DNA of 64,000 bases from Clostridia bacterium (GCA_045656645.1 JAZORN010000081.1:490-64489), one strand, 5' to 3'; positions 35,813 through 44,625 are shown, numbered from the stretch's first letter. Numbers and translations: made by a program. The notes: generated by a model from the sequence alone, not told the origin.

Positions 35813-36496
35813 ATGGAAAAACTTTATCAGGGAAAAACAAAGGACGTGTACAAGCTTGAAAACGGCAATGTTCTCCTTAAGTTCAAGGATGACTGCACAG
35901 GTAAGGACGGCGTATTTGACCCGGGTGAAAACTCTGTAGGTCTTACTATTGAGGGTATTGGCAAGGCTAATCTTGAAACCTCAGTTCTTTATTTTGAGCT
36001 TCTTAAGAAAGCAGGCATTAAAACACATTATGTAAGTGCTAATGTAGAGGATGCTACTATGGAGGTTCTTCCTGCGACAGTATTTGGTCACGGACTTGAA
36101 GTTATCTGCCGTCTTGTTGCAACTGGAAGCTTCATCCGCAGATACGGTGAATATATTGAGGACGGAACAGTGCTTGATGGCGGTTACGTTGAATGTACAT
36201 TTAAAAACGATGAGAAGGGTGACCCTCTTGTAACAGGTGAAGGTCTTGCAGCACTCGGCGTTATGTCTCCCGAAATGTTTGAAAGTATGAAGGAGCAGAC
36301 ACTTAAAATCACAAAGATTGTTGCTGATGACCTCAAGTCAATCGGTCTTGACCTTTGGGATATTAAGTTTGAGTTCGGTTATAACAATAACGAGGTTATT
36401 CTTATTGACGAAATCGCATCAGGCAATATGCGTGTTTATAAGGATGGCAAGATTGTTGAGCCGGTTGAGCTTACTAAGCTTATTCTTAACAGATAA
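35813..36496 (+). CDS. purC: Phosphoribosylaminoimidazole-succinocarboxamide synthase
   Basis: N-terminal YQGKTKDVY, then the typical SAICAR synthetase core. SD AAGGAG. Confidence 0.95.
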   Translation: MEKLYQGKTKDVYKLENGNVLLKFKDDCTGKDGVFDPGENSVGLTIEGIGKANLETSVLYFELLKKAGIKTHYVSANVEDATMEVLPATVFGHGLEVICRLVATGSFIRRYGEYIEDGTVLDGGYVECTFKNDEKGDPLVTGEGLAALGVMSPEMFESMKEQTLKITKIVADDLKSIGLDLWDIKFEFGYNNNEVILIDEIASGNMRVYKDGKIVEPVELTKLILNR

Positions 36497-36510
36497 ATTT
36501 ACTTAAAACA

Positions 36511-36551
36511 AAAAACAACGAATGCATAGTAATTGCATTCGTTGTTTTTTG
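36511..36551 (+). terminator. Intrinsic terminator of purC
   Basis: ACAACGAATGCA-TAGTAAT-TGCATTCGTTGT (12-bp stem) followed by TTTTTT. Confidence 0.8.
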
Positions 36552-36601
36552 TTCTGTTTTTCTGCGAAAATAACCGTAGGGGCGACCCTCTGTGGTCGCC
36601 C

Positions 36602-36698
36602 GCCTTCAAAATCGAGCCAAAAAATGTACGTCCCCATTTGGCGTCCCCATTTGGCTGCGCCTTCAAAATCGAGCCAAAAAATGTACGTCCCCATTTGG
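36602..36698. repeat. Tandem duplication (57-nt period) of a 40-nt unit, preceded by the GC hairpin GGGCGACC..GGTCGCCC
   Basis: GCCTTCAAAATCGAGCCAAAAAATGTACGTCCCCATTTGG occurs identically at 36602-36641 and 36659-36698. The hairpin lies at about 36579-36601. Confidence 0.85.
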
Positions 36699-36727
36699 CT
36701 GCAAAATGGGGATTTTTAAACGCACGT

Positions 36728-36758
36728 AAAAAGGGCACGGAATTTTCCGTACCCTTTT
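36728..36758. terminator. Bidirectional intrinsic terminator
   Basis: AAAAA-GGGCACGGAA-TT-TTCCGTACCC-TTTT forms a 10-bp stem (one G-U on the minus strand, a C-A mismatch on the plus strand). It ends the minus-strand peptide operon. Confidence 0.7.
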
Positions 36759-36783
36759 AATTAGCTCTAAACTATGTAATCGC

Positions 36784-36960
36784 TTACCACTGCCAAGAAG
36801 TATCAATCTGAGAAATAGTCTCAGTAGTACCCTTCGCACCTGTACCAGTTGTAGTCTCAAGTGCAGCCTGAGTAGTAAGTGTTGCTTCACTTGCAGCAAT
36901 TACATCAACAGTTTCAAGAGCTAATGTTTCGATTTCGGGTTTATTATACTTTTTCATCAT
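36784..36960 (-). CDS. Small peptide (58 aa), candidate RiPP-like or other bioactive-peptide precursor
   Basis: Hand translation gives MMKKYNKPEIETLALETVDVIAASEATLTTQAALETTTGTGAKGTTETISQIDTSWQW*. AGGAGG lies 6 nt upstream. It starts 18 nt after the stop of the upstream gene and ends at a terminator. It is not in the ORF track (under 60 aa). Confidence 0.65.
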   Translation of the reverse strand: MMKKYNKPEIETLALETVDVIAASEATLTTQAALETTTGTGAKGTTETISQIDTSWQW

Positions 36961-36978
36961 TCATTACCTCCTGAAAAA

Positions 36979-37728
36979 TTAGTTAGCTTTTACCATATCA
37001 TTGTCTGCAACAACCTTATCAATGTTGATATAGTATGTTGTACCATCTGTTCCGTGGAAGAGAGCCGCAACATCATAAATAGTGTTAATGCCGAGTTCTG
37101 CAAGTCTTGCTGAAGAGAATACGCCTGAGAACCAAGTATCACCTGCAAGAGATGCATACTCTGAACCGGCAAGCTCTATCTTTGTAGAATACACGTAATC
37201 AGTACCACTCTTAAGAGCCCAGATCATCTTATCAACAGGAACATTCTTGAAGTTAACAAGCAATGCTGCACCGGGACGAGTAATCGTCTTTCCATCAGCA
37301 GTAGTTTCGTTAATATTAATTACCTTCTTATTCGTTGCCGCTGTTGAAATCACAATGTTCTTCGTTTCTTTGATAGCTACCTCACCGAGGCAAAGTGCAC
37401 CACTACCTGAAATTGAAGAAGATCCTACGTAAACCTTAACCTTCTCCTCATCTGCTGCGATAGGTGCAGTAAATGTTGCAACACCAGCTGTAGCAGGCTT
37501 CTGGTCGATGTAGTAGATCTGACCTTCTGTAACACTTGCAACATCTGTAACATCAGTATCAACAATCAAGAGAGCAACCTGCTCTGTAGATGTGCTGTCT
37601 GCCAGTTCTACACGTACTGCTACTTCCTGAGTAGCGGTATCACCTGTTGCTGAGTGAGCAAAAGCAGATACTGAAAGAACCATGCACAATGCAAGTGCAA
37701 GTGCAAGTGCCTTCATAAACTTTTTCAT
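36979..37728 (-). CDS. Secreted protein, function unknown
   Basis: Type I signal peptide (ALALALALCMVLSVSAFA-HS). The mature part is T/V/A-rich and beta-type, and I recognise no catalytic motif. Confidence 0.7.
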   Translation of the reverse strand: MKKFMKALALALALCMVLSVSAFAHSATGDTATQEVAVRVELADSTSTEQVALLIVDTDVTDVASVTEGQIYYIDQKPATAGVATFTAPIAADEEKVKVYVGSSSISGSGALCLGEVAIKETKNIVISTAATNKKVININETTADGKTITRPGAALLVNFKNVPVDKMIWALKSGTDYVYSTKIELAGSEYASLAGDTWFSGVFSSARLAELGINTIYDVAALFHGTDGTTYYINIDKVVADNDMVKAN

Positions 37729-37825
37729 TTTGTTTTCCTCCTTCTTTTATATTAAATTAAATTAATTTAATTACCATATAAGGTATAGACATAGATAGAC
37801 CCCACCCATCATCTATACATTCTAA

Positions 37826-37854
37826 ATTATACTCCGTAAACAAAATAATTTCAA
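37826..37854 (-). promoter_or_regulatory. Sigma-A promoter for the secreted-protein/peptide operon
   Basis: On the minus strand: TTGAAA (37854-37849), 17 nt, TATAAT (37831-37826). This implies a 5' UTR of about 90 nt. Confidence 0.55.
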
Positions 37855-37970
37855 GTAGTAAACCAAAAAATTTTTTCGTTTTTTTAACTAATTTACACTA
37901 TACCCTTTGTTTAGTTTGACGAAACATTTTTGTAACATAAGTTAAATCTTTTATTAACATTTTCTAATTC

Positions 37971-38582
37971 TTATTTAACTCTTACAATAAGCTCCCCTTT
38001 TACTCCGTTTGGTGCATAGGCAGTAACAGTTGTTTTTCCTGCACCGACTGTCTGAAGCACGCCTTTTTCGTCAACACGTGCAACGGCACTGTCCGCTACA
38101 CGCCATACAATCTTATCCTTGGAATCAGATGGTGTTACATATGCACGGAGCTGAAAGCTCTCCCCTGCTTTAACAGAAACATCGCCCTTTCCGCCGTTTT
38201 TAACACCGACTGAGATTTCCGTTATATCTGACTCTCCGTCAAAAACCTCAACCACGTTTCCGAATTCATCTGTATAGTCATTATTACCGCCTACAATAAC
38301 ACCGACGTGTACATAGCTGTCCTCCGCCTTTGCCGTAACGGTGGTGATACCGTTACCCGTTGCGGTTATTGTACCTTCAGGCGAAACAAGGGCAATCCCC
38401 TCATCATTACTTGTCCATACAATATTCTCGTCATCACCGCCCGTAAGCTTAACCGTGTACTTTTCATCTATATTCATTCTGATATTTTTTTCCTTAACGG
38501 ATATTGCTGTCTTATTTCCGCAGGCTGATAAAATAAGCACTGCACCTATAATAAGCATATGTAAAAACACTTTTCTTTTCAT
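37971..38582 (-). CDS. Lipoprotein with two bacterial Ig-like (Big_2) domains
   Basis: Lipobox ILSAC. Big_2-type segments: IVWTSNDEGIALVSPEGTITATGNGITTVTAKA and IVWRVADSAVARVDEKGVLQTVGAGKTTVTAYA. Confidence 0.8.
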   Translation of the reverse strand: MKRKVFLHMLIIGAVLILSACGNKTAISVKEKNIRMNIDEKYTVKLTGGDDENIVWTSNDEGIALVSPEGTITATGNGITTVTAKAEDSYVHVGVIVGGNNDYTDEFGNVVEVFDGESDITEISVGVKNGGKGDVSVKAGESFQLRAYVTPSDSKDKIVWRVADSAVARVDEKGVLQTVGAGKTTVTAYAPNGVKGELIVRVK

Positions 38583-38602
38583 ACTCTTCCCCCTATGTAA
38601 TT

Positions 38603-38636
38603 AAATGGAAAATTGAAAATTGAAAGTTGAAAATTT
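38603..38636 (-). repeat. 8-nt-period TTTCAA(C/T)T array in the 5' UTR of the Big_2 lipoprotein gene
   Basis: The minus strand reads AAATTTTCAACTTTCAATTTTCAATTTTCCATTT. The array ends 20 nt before the ATG and just 5' of GGGGGAAG. Confidence 0.7.
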
Positions 38637-38812
38637 TTGATAAAAAGCCTCCAATTCTCTATAATTATAATACATCTTTTTCAAAAATATTTCAACTATT
38701 TTAGCAGATTTTTTTAAGCTTTGTAAAAAACTACAAAAACACGTGTGTTTTTTTTGCACAACGACAAATAATATAAATGTCAAGAAAATCGGCAAAGCCG
38801 ATTTTCTTCCTT

Positions 38813-38845
38813 CATTTTCAACTTTCAACTTTCAATTTTCAACTT
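38813..38845 (+). repeat. 8-nt-period TTTCAA(C/T)T array in the 5' UTR of the divergent membrane-protein gene
   Basis: CATTTTCAACTTTCAACTTTCAATTTTCAACTT ends 19 nt before the ATG at 38865. It is preceded by the hairpin GAAAATCGGC-AAA-GCCGATTTTC. Confidence 0.7.
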
Positions 38846-38864
38846 GTTTACGGGAGTGTTTTTT

Positions 38865-39293
38865 ATGAAAAAACTTACATCATTTTTCACGAGTGCTCAG
38901 GCGGCAGGTGCGGCAGCATATGACCTTTCTGAAAATTGTCCTTTTTGTAATGAAATACTTATAGCAAGCCGCTCGACTGAAAAGTCGCAAGCGTTTGATT
39001 TTAGTATTAAAAGCACGTTTATAGGCGCTGCCATTGGAGTTCTTACGGGCTTTATTATGCTGTATCTGCCATACAGCAATTTTTCCCTTGTTCTCTCACC
39101 GCTTACGGGACTTATTGCAGGGAGTGTTATTGGCGCAATATCAGGAACAATGCTCGATGTCCTGACATACGAAGAATATCCCGAGTGTGCAAGCGTTACC
39201 GTAACAGTACCCGAAAGCAAAGGCGGCATAATTGCAAGTACACTCAGAAAAAAAGGTGCGGCAAACACATTTTTATTAAAAAACAAGGTGTGA
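38865..39293 (+). CDS. Membrane protein, function unknown (glycine-zipper TM core between two small soluble segments)
   Basis: The ATG at 38865 follows GGGAG; the track start (TTG at 38844) lies inside the repeat array. Central TM segments: GAAIGVLTGFIM and GLIAGSVIGAISG. Confidence 0.6.
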   Translation: MKKLTSFFTSAQAAGAAAYDLSENCPFCNEILIASRSTEKSQAFDFSIKSTFIGAAIGVLTGFIMLYLPYSNFSLVLSPLTGLIAGSVIGAISGTMLDVLTYEEYPECASVTVTVPESKGGIIASTLRKKGAANTFLLKNKV

Positions 39294-39316
39294 CGATTGT
39301 CACACCTTGTTTTTTC
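39278..39316. terminator. Bidirectional intrinsic terminator
   Basis: AAAAAA-CAAGGTGTGAC-GATT-GTCACACCTTG-TTTTTT lies between convergent genes and overlaps the stop codon of the plus-strand gene. Confidence 0.85.
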
Positions 39317-41192
39317 ACTCATTTATTTGGTTTTGCTCTATAACAGTATTTTCCTCTGACTTTACTTCTTCTTTTTCTTCCTTTACGCCAAGAGTTCCAT
39401 TTACAAATACTTCTTCAAACTCTTTTGCATCAAGTTTTTCGTGTTCTATAAGTGCATTTGCAATATTGTCAAGCTTCACGCGGTTTTCATTAAGAAGATT
39501 TTCACATTTAGTATAACATTCATCAATGATACGCTTTATCTCCTCGTCAATTACTGCGGCAACATTTTCGCTGTAATTTCTGCCCTGAGAGAAATCTCTG
39601 CCCAAGAATACCTCGTGATCTTCATTTGTAAATGTTACATATCCGAGCTTATCACTCATACCGTACTGCATAACCATCTTTCTTGCAGTGGATGTAGCCT
39701 TGTCAAGGTCGCTTGACGCACCTGTATTAATGTCATTAAATACTATCTTTTCTGCGGCACGTCCTGCAAGCATCATAATAATGCTTTCGAGCATTTCGTT
39801 CTTTGAAATATAACTCTTATCAGTATCGGGCAGGCTGAGGGTAAATCCTCCCGCTCTGCCTCTCGGAACGATTGAAACCTGATGCACAGTGTCCTGTGTA
39901 GGAAGAAGCCTTGCCGCAAGTGCGTGACCTGCCTCATGATATGCAGTCTTACGCTTGTTTTCGTCATTATGCTGCTTTGTAGCTTTTTCGGGACCCATTA
40001 CAACCTTAAGCATTGCCTCGTCAATTTCATCTGCAGTAATTGTCTTTTTATCCCTTCTTGCAGAAAGAATTGCCGCCTCATTAAGAAGGTTTTCAAGGTC
40101 TGCACCCGTAAATCCGTACGTTGTTTTTGCAACTGTTTCAAGTGAAATCTCTTCATCAACGGGTTTATTTCTTGAATGAACCTTTAAAATTGCCTCTCTG
40201 CCCTTCTGGTCAGGATAATTAACAACCACCTGACGGTCAAATCTGCCCGGTCTTAAAAGTGCGGGGTCAAGTATATCAGGACGGTTTGTTGCGGCAATCA
40301 TAATAATTCCCTCGTTAGTACCAAAGCCATCCATTTCAACGAGAAGCTGATTAAGCGTCTGTTCACGTTCATCGTGTCCGCCGCCAAGTCCTGCGCCACG
40401 CTGACGGCCTACCGCATCAATTTCGTCAATAAATATAATTGCAGGAAGGTTCTTTCTTGCCTGTTCAAAAAGGTCACGAACACGGCTTGCACCTACACCT
40501 ACAAACATCTCAACAAAGTCCGAACCTGATATTGAGAAGAATGGCACACCCGCCTCACCTGCAACCGCTTTTGCAAGGAGTGTCTTACCAGTTCCGGGAG
40601 GTCCTACAAGAAGAACACCCTTGGGAATACGCGCACCCAGGTCAATAAACTTTCTTGGGTTTTTGAGGAATTCAACAACCTCCTCAAGCTCCTTCTTTTC
40701 CTCATCTGCACCTGCAACATCGGCAAAGGTCACCTTATTTTTACTGTCTGCGGCAGAGCGTGCCTTACTCTTACCGAAGCTTCCAATTCCGTGACCGCCC
40801 GTCTGCTGTTTCATAAACGAGAACCAGAAAAGTCCAATTACAAGTATCATCAGTATCGTCGGGATAAGTGATACCCACCACGATACCTCTTCAGGTGCAG
40901 GAACTGTTGCAGTCATATTCCCCTCTTTAATCTGCTTTTCAATCTCCTCACCGATAACGGTGAAAAGTATTCCCTGCGTCACTTCTACCTGATAATTTTT
41001 GCCGTCAATTTCGGCAACAGTAACACTGTCACCTATTTCAAGGTTTGTAACCTTTCCCTGCTCAATTGCCGCTACAAGCTCTGAGAAGGATTTTACCCCC
41101 GAATCAGGCTGCTGAAGCGACATCATCATAAGGATTATGATGATAATCGGCAGGATTATATAAAAGCTTATGCTTTTAAAAGACTTTTTCAA
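39315..41192 (-). CDS. ftsH: ATP-dependent zinc metalloprotease FtsH
   Basis: Walker A GPPGTGKT, the SRH region, and zinc site HEAGHA. The TTG start at 41192 lies 7 nt after AAGGGGG; the track N-terminus (to 41309) runs through the repeat array. Confidence 0.95.
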   Translation of the reverse strand: MKKSFKSISFYIILPIIIIILMMMSLQQPDSGVKSFSELVAAIEQGKVTNLEIGDSVTVAEIDGKNYQVEVTQGILFTVIGEEIEKQIKEGNMTATVPAPEEVSWWVSLIPTILMILVIGLFWFSFMKQQTGGHGIGSFGKSKARSAADSKNKVTFADVAGADEEKKELEEVVEFLKNPRKFIDLGARIPKGVLLVGPPGTGKTLLAKAVAGEAGVPFFSISGSDFVEMFVGVGASRVRDLFEQARKNLPAIIFIDEIDAVGRQRGAGLGGGHDEREQTLNQLLVEMDGFGTNEGIIMIAATNRPDILDPALLRPGRFDRQVVVNYPDQKGREAILKVHSRNKPVDEEISLETVAKTTYGFTGADLENLLNEAAILSARRDKKTITADEIDEAMLKVVMGPEKATKQHNDENKRKTAYHEAGHALAARLLPTQDTVHQVSIVPRGRAGGFTLSLPDTDKSYISKNEMLESIIMMLAGRAAEKIVFNDINTGASSDLDKATSTARKMVMQYGMSDKLGYVTFTNEDHEVFLGRDFSQGRNYSENVAAVIDEEIKRIIDECYTKCENLLNENRVKLDNIANALIEHEKLDAKEFEEVFVNGTLGVKEEKEEVKSEENTVIEQNQINE

Positions 41193-41208
41193 AACAAAAC
41201 CCCCTTGT

Positions 41209-41258
41209 AAAAATTGAAAATTGAAAGTTGAAAGTTGAAAGTTGAAAATGAAAAATTG
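41209..41258 (-). repeat. 8-nt-period TTTCAA(C/T)T array in the ftsH 5' UTR
   Basis: The minus strand reads CAATTTTTCATTTTCAACTTTCAACTTTCAACTTTCAATTTTCAATTTTT and ends 16 nt before the start codon. Confidence 0.7.
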
Positions 41259-41358
41259 CAGGGCACAGGTGTATTCAATGTGCCGAAAGCACTTCATTTT
41301 CAATATCATTCGTTAATTATAGCACAACAATAAAAACCCAATCAATGTATTTTACATT

Positions 41359-41904
41359 TTATTCATAATATTCTCTTTTAAGCACACCCACAAAAGGATA
41401 TTGTCTGTATTTATAATTAAAATCAAGACCATAGCCGACAACAAATTCATCAGGAACCTCAAACCCAACATATTTAACATCTATGTCAACTACTCTGCGA
41501 GACGGTTTATCAAGTAATGTGCAAAGCTCCACACTTTTTGCACCGCACTCCAGAAGATATTGCTTGATTTTGCTAAGTGTCCGTCCCGAATCCACAATAT
41601 CCTCAACTATTATTATATCCCTTCCTGCAGGATCAAAACCTTTTCCCGCATGAATATCAACATTTCCGCACGAAACAGTTCCGCTGCCGTAACTTGCGGC
41701 AAAAACAAAAGATATTTCTACGGGGATTGACACGGCACGCATAAGGTCGGCCACAAATATAAAGCTACCGGTTAATACGGAAAGCATCAAAGGCTCCATT
41801 CCCTTATAATCTCTGTCAATTTCCTTTGCCATTTCATCTATACGGCTTTTAATCTGTTCCTCTGAAATAAGAACCTTTTCAATTGGTCTGTTGATGTTAT
41901 CCAT
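41359..41904 (-). CDS. hpt: Hypoxanthine phosphoribosyltransferase
   Basis: PRPP-binding motif IIIVEDIVDSGRTL. Conserved tilS-hpt-ftsH order. Confidence 0.9.
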   Translation of the reverse strand: MDNINRPIEKVLISEEQIKSRIDEMAKEIDRDYKGMEPLMLSVLTGSFIFVADLMRAVSIPVEISFVFAASYGSGTVSCGNVDIHAGKGFDPAGRDIIIVEDIVDSGRTLSKIKQYLLECGAKSVELCTLLDKPSRRVVDIDVKYVGFEVPDEFVVGYGLDFNYKYRQYPFVGVLKREYYE

Positions 41905-41923
41905 AGTTACTACCTTGCCTTTC

Positions 41924-43264
41924 TTAGCTTTTTCTTTCGTATTTTATAATAAGATAATTTTTTGTATTTTCTGTAATTTCATAAAGCGATGACTGTCTTA
42001 TACCGCATACAAACAGTATCTCTCCGTCTTTTTCCACTATAGGTATAGTATCACGAAGATGACGCTCTATCTTTTCATCGGTGAATATATCGCTTAGCTT
42101 TTTAGTACCGCCAGAGCCTTTAAGGGAAATTTTATCCCCTTCTTTTCTGCATCTTACGGTAAGGGGAAGCATCAGCTTGTCAGCGTCAAATACTGCCGTA
42201 TTATTTCCGCTTCTACTTACAGATTTGTCGCTGTATTCAACCGATAGAGTCCAGTTTTCACCCACTGCAGTATTTTGTATGTCAAGGATAAGGTTAAACC
42301 CTGTCCTCTCACCCCTCTTTAAAAGAAGTACTGCATCATAGGATTTTTGTGCATAAAATTCTGAATTAATATCAAAAATTCTTCCGTTTTCTCCCTCTGC
42401 AAAAGCACAAAAGCGGTCTATTTTCTCCGCATTTACTTCTGACGCATTCCATTCTTTTAGAAGAGATGCGCATATTCTGCGCTTTATAGGCATTGGTTTG
42501 TCTGAAAACAGTTTTATCAAAAGGCGGTCATTTAAGAAACACTCTTTCATAACGTCTGCCGCCAAAGCATCGATAAATGCATTATCCTCTGCAATATAGT
42601 GCGCCGCCGAAACAATCTTTTTTTGCGCACCCTGCGATATTTCATTAAGAAACGGCATAACATTAAGCCGTATTTTATTTCGTGCATATACGGGGATTTT
42701 ATTGGTGCTATCCTCTCTCCATGTAAGGGAGTTTGCACGAAGATATTTTTCAATGTCCTCACGGGAAATGTCAAGAAGCGGTCTTATAATATTATCACGC
42801 TTATACATTATTCCGCCAAGTCCCTGCGCCGCCGTTCCCCGTGCAAGTCTGAAAATTACCGTTTCAGCATTATCATTTAAGTTATGTGCAGTTGCAATTT
42901 TTGCACCGCCAAGCTTCCTTGATAACTCCTCAAAAAACTCGTATCTTAAAATACGACCGCACTCTTCCTCGCCTAATTTTCTTTCACGTGCAATTTTTAT
43001 AACGTCATACTCTCTGTAGAAAAACTCTGCGTCTGCCGCCCTTGCTATAAGGCGTACAAATTCGCTGTCCTCATCGGACTCTTCCCCACGTATCATATGG
43101 TTTACGTTTGCAACGTAAACAGTAAGATTATAGTCACTCTTCAGCCTCAGCATCGTATGTAAAAGGCACACTGAATCCGCTCCCCCGGACACTGCGCATA
43201 TAACACTGTCACCTGAATTTAAAAGGGCATTTTCTTCAATTGTTTTTCGCACCCTTTCAAGCAC
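41924..43264 (-). CDS. tilS: tRNA(Ile)-lysidine synthase
   Basis: PP-loop AVSGGADS near the N-terminus, with appropriate length and context. Confidence 0.9.
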   Translation of the reverse strand: MLERVRKTIEENALLNSGDSVICAVSGGADSVCLLHTMLRLKSDYNLTVYVANVNHMIRGEESDEDSEFVRLIARAADAEFFYREYDVIKIARERKLGEEECGRILRYEFFEELSRKLGGAKIATAHNLNDNAETVIFRLARGTAAQGLGGIMYKRDNIIRPLLDISREDIEKYLRANSLTWREDSTNKIPVYARNKIRLNVMPFLNEISQGAQKKIVSAAHYIAEDNAFIDALAADVMKECFLNDRLLIKLFSDKPMPIKRRICASLLKEWNASEVNAEKIDRFCAFAEGENGRIFDINSEFYAQKSYDAVLLLKRGERTGFNLILDIQNTAVGENWTLSVEYSDKSVSRSGNNTAVFDADKLMLPLTVRCRKEGDKISLKGSGGTKKLSDIFTDEKIERHLRDTIPIVEKDGEILFVCGIRQSSLYEITENTKNYLIIKYERKS

Positions 43265-43278
43265 TGTGTATCCCTCCG

Positions 43279-44604
43279 TCAGTTTCTGCTGTCAAGATTC
43301 ATAAACTTAGTAAATTCGCCACGCCATGCAAGATTTATTATTCCACATTCACCGGCACGGTTTTTTGCAAGAATACATTCAACAATGTTTCCTGCACTCT
43401 CCTCTTCTCCGCCTTCCTCCTGCGGTCTGCAAAGCATAATAACGATATCGGCATCCTGCTCAATCGAGCCGCTTTCACGAAGGTCGCTGAGCATAGGTCT
43501 TCTTGCAAGCTTTTCAGATGCACGGTTAAGCTGTGAAAGCGTAATTACGGGAACATTAAGCTCTTTTGCCATAATTTTAAGAGAACGTGACATTTCACTG
43601 ATTTCCTGCGTTCTGCTCTCGCCCTTTCCTCTGCCCTGCATAAGCTGCAGGTAGTCAATCACGACAAGACCAAGCCCCTTTTCCATTTTAAGACGTCTGC
43701 ACTTTGCCCTGATTTCAGAAGCAGTTATACCGGGTGTATCATCAATATATATAGGGGCAGTAATTATATCCTTGAGCGAGTGTGCAATTTTCGTCATTTC
43801 CCTCGCATCTATATCGCCTATTCGAAGCTTTCCCGACTCTACAAGTGCCTCACTTGAAATTACACGGTTTACAAGCTGCTCCTTACTCATTTCCAGTGAG
43901 GATATTGCAACGGGAACTCTTTCACGGATTGCGGCATTCTGCGCAATATTAAGCGCAAAGCTCGTTTTACCTACACCGGGACGTGCCGCAAGGATTATAA
44001 GGTCACTGTTCTGAAGTCCTGCCGTAGAGGCATCAAGCCCCGTAAAGCCCGTTTTAATACCCGTAACCTTACCGCCACGCTTTTTAAGCTCGTCAAGCAT
44101 TGCAAGGTTAGTTTTTACAACCTCACCGATATGGGTAAAGCCCTTAGTTCCTCTCTGCTCCGATATTCTGAATATAAGCTGCTCACTCTTATCAATAATA
44201 TCGGCAGCCGTTTCCTCATCCTTCATACCCATATCCATAATCTGACTTGCAGATTCGATAAGGTTTCGAAGCATTTTTTTCTCTTGCGCAATCTTTATAT
44301 ACTGCGCAAGATTTTCCTTTGTAAAAACACTCTGTGCAATTTTTGTTATGTAGGCAATTCCGCCCACACTGTCAAGCTTATCGCCAAGTCTTTCTGAAAG
44401 AGTAACCATATCAACGGGGATACCTTCTTCAAAAAGATGGCTTATCGCTATAAATATCGTCTTGTTTGCAGTTGCGTAAAAACATTCCTCGTCAAGCTTG
44501 TCCATAGCCATAACAAGCGCCTTTTCGTCAAGTATCATATTGCCGAGGATTGCCGCCTCTGCCTCAAGATTATATGGCATAGTTCTTCCAATCGGAATAT
44601 CCAT
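43279..44604 (-). CDS. dnaB: Replicative DNA helicase
   Basis: N-terminal PYNLEAEAAILG, Walker A ARPGVGKTSF, Walker B VVIDYLQLM. Confidence 0.95.
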   Translation of the reverse strand: MDIPIGRTMPYNLEAEAAILGNMILDEKALVMAMDKLDEECFYATANKTIFIAISHLFEEGIPVDMVTLSERLGDKLDSVGGIAYITKIAQSVFTKENLAQYIKIAQEKKMLRNLIESASQIMDMGMKDEETAADIIDKSEQLIFRISEQRGTKGFTHIGEVVKTNLAMLDELKKRGGKVTGIKTGFTGLDASTAGLQNSDLIILAARPGVGKTSFALNIAQNAAIRERVPVAISSLEMSKEQLVNRVISSEALVESGKLRIGDIDAREMTKIAHSLKDIITAPIYIDDTPGITASEIRAKCRRLKMEKGLGLVVIDYLQLMQGRGKGESRTQEISEMSRSLKIMAKELNVPVITLSQLNRASEKLARRPMLSDLRESGSIEQDADIVIMLCRPQEEGGEEESAGNIVECILAKNRAGECGIINLAWRGEFTKFMNLDSRN

Positions 44605-44625
44605 TTATATCACCGTATTTCTATA

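Noticed and set aside
36602-36698. CRISPR-like repeat. The 9-mer array at 51591..51713 was also considered.
   Set aside because: There are only two copies of the 40-nt unit, the spacer between them is itself a partial repeat, and no cas genes are present. The 9-mers are far too short and too close together for a CRISPR array.
36499-36899. Five overlapping ORFs of 63 to 79 aa on both strands between purC and the peptide gene.
   Set aside because: They are generated by the tandem 40-nt repeat and GC hairpins, or by an out-of-frame reading of the 58-aa peptide gene. None has an SD.
36784-36960. The 58-aa peptide as a lasso-peptide precursor.
   Set aside because: Only the YxxPxI part of the lasso leader motif fits. 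Counting from the Tyr, the expected Gly(-8) and Thr(-2) are absent. No lasso cyclase or B2 protease is in the window.
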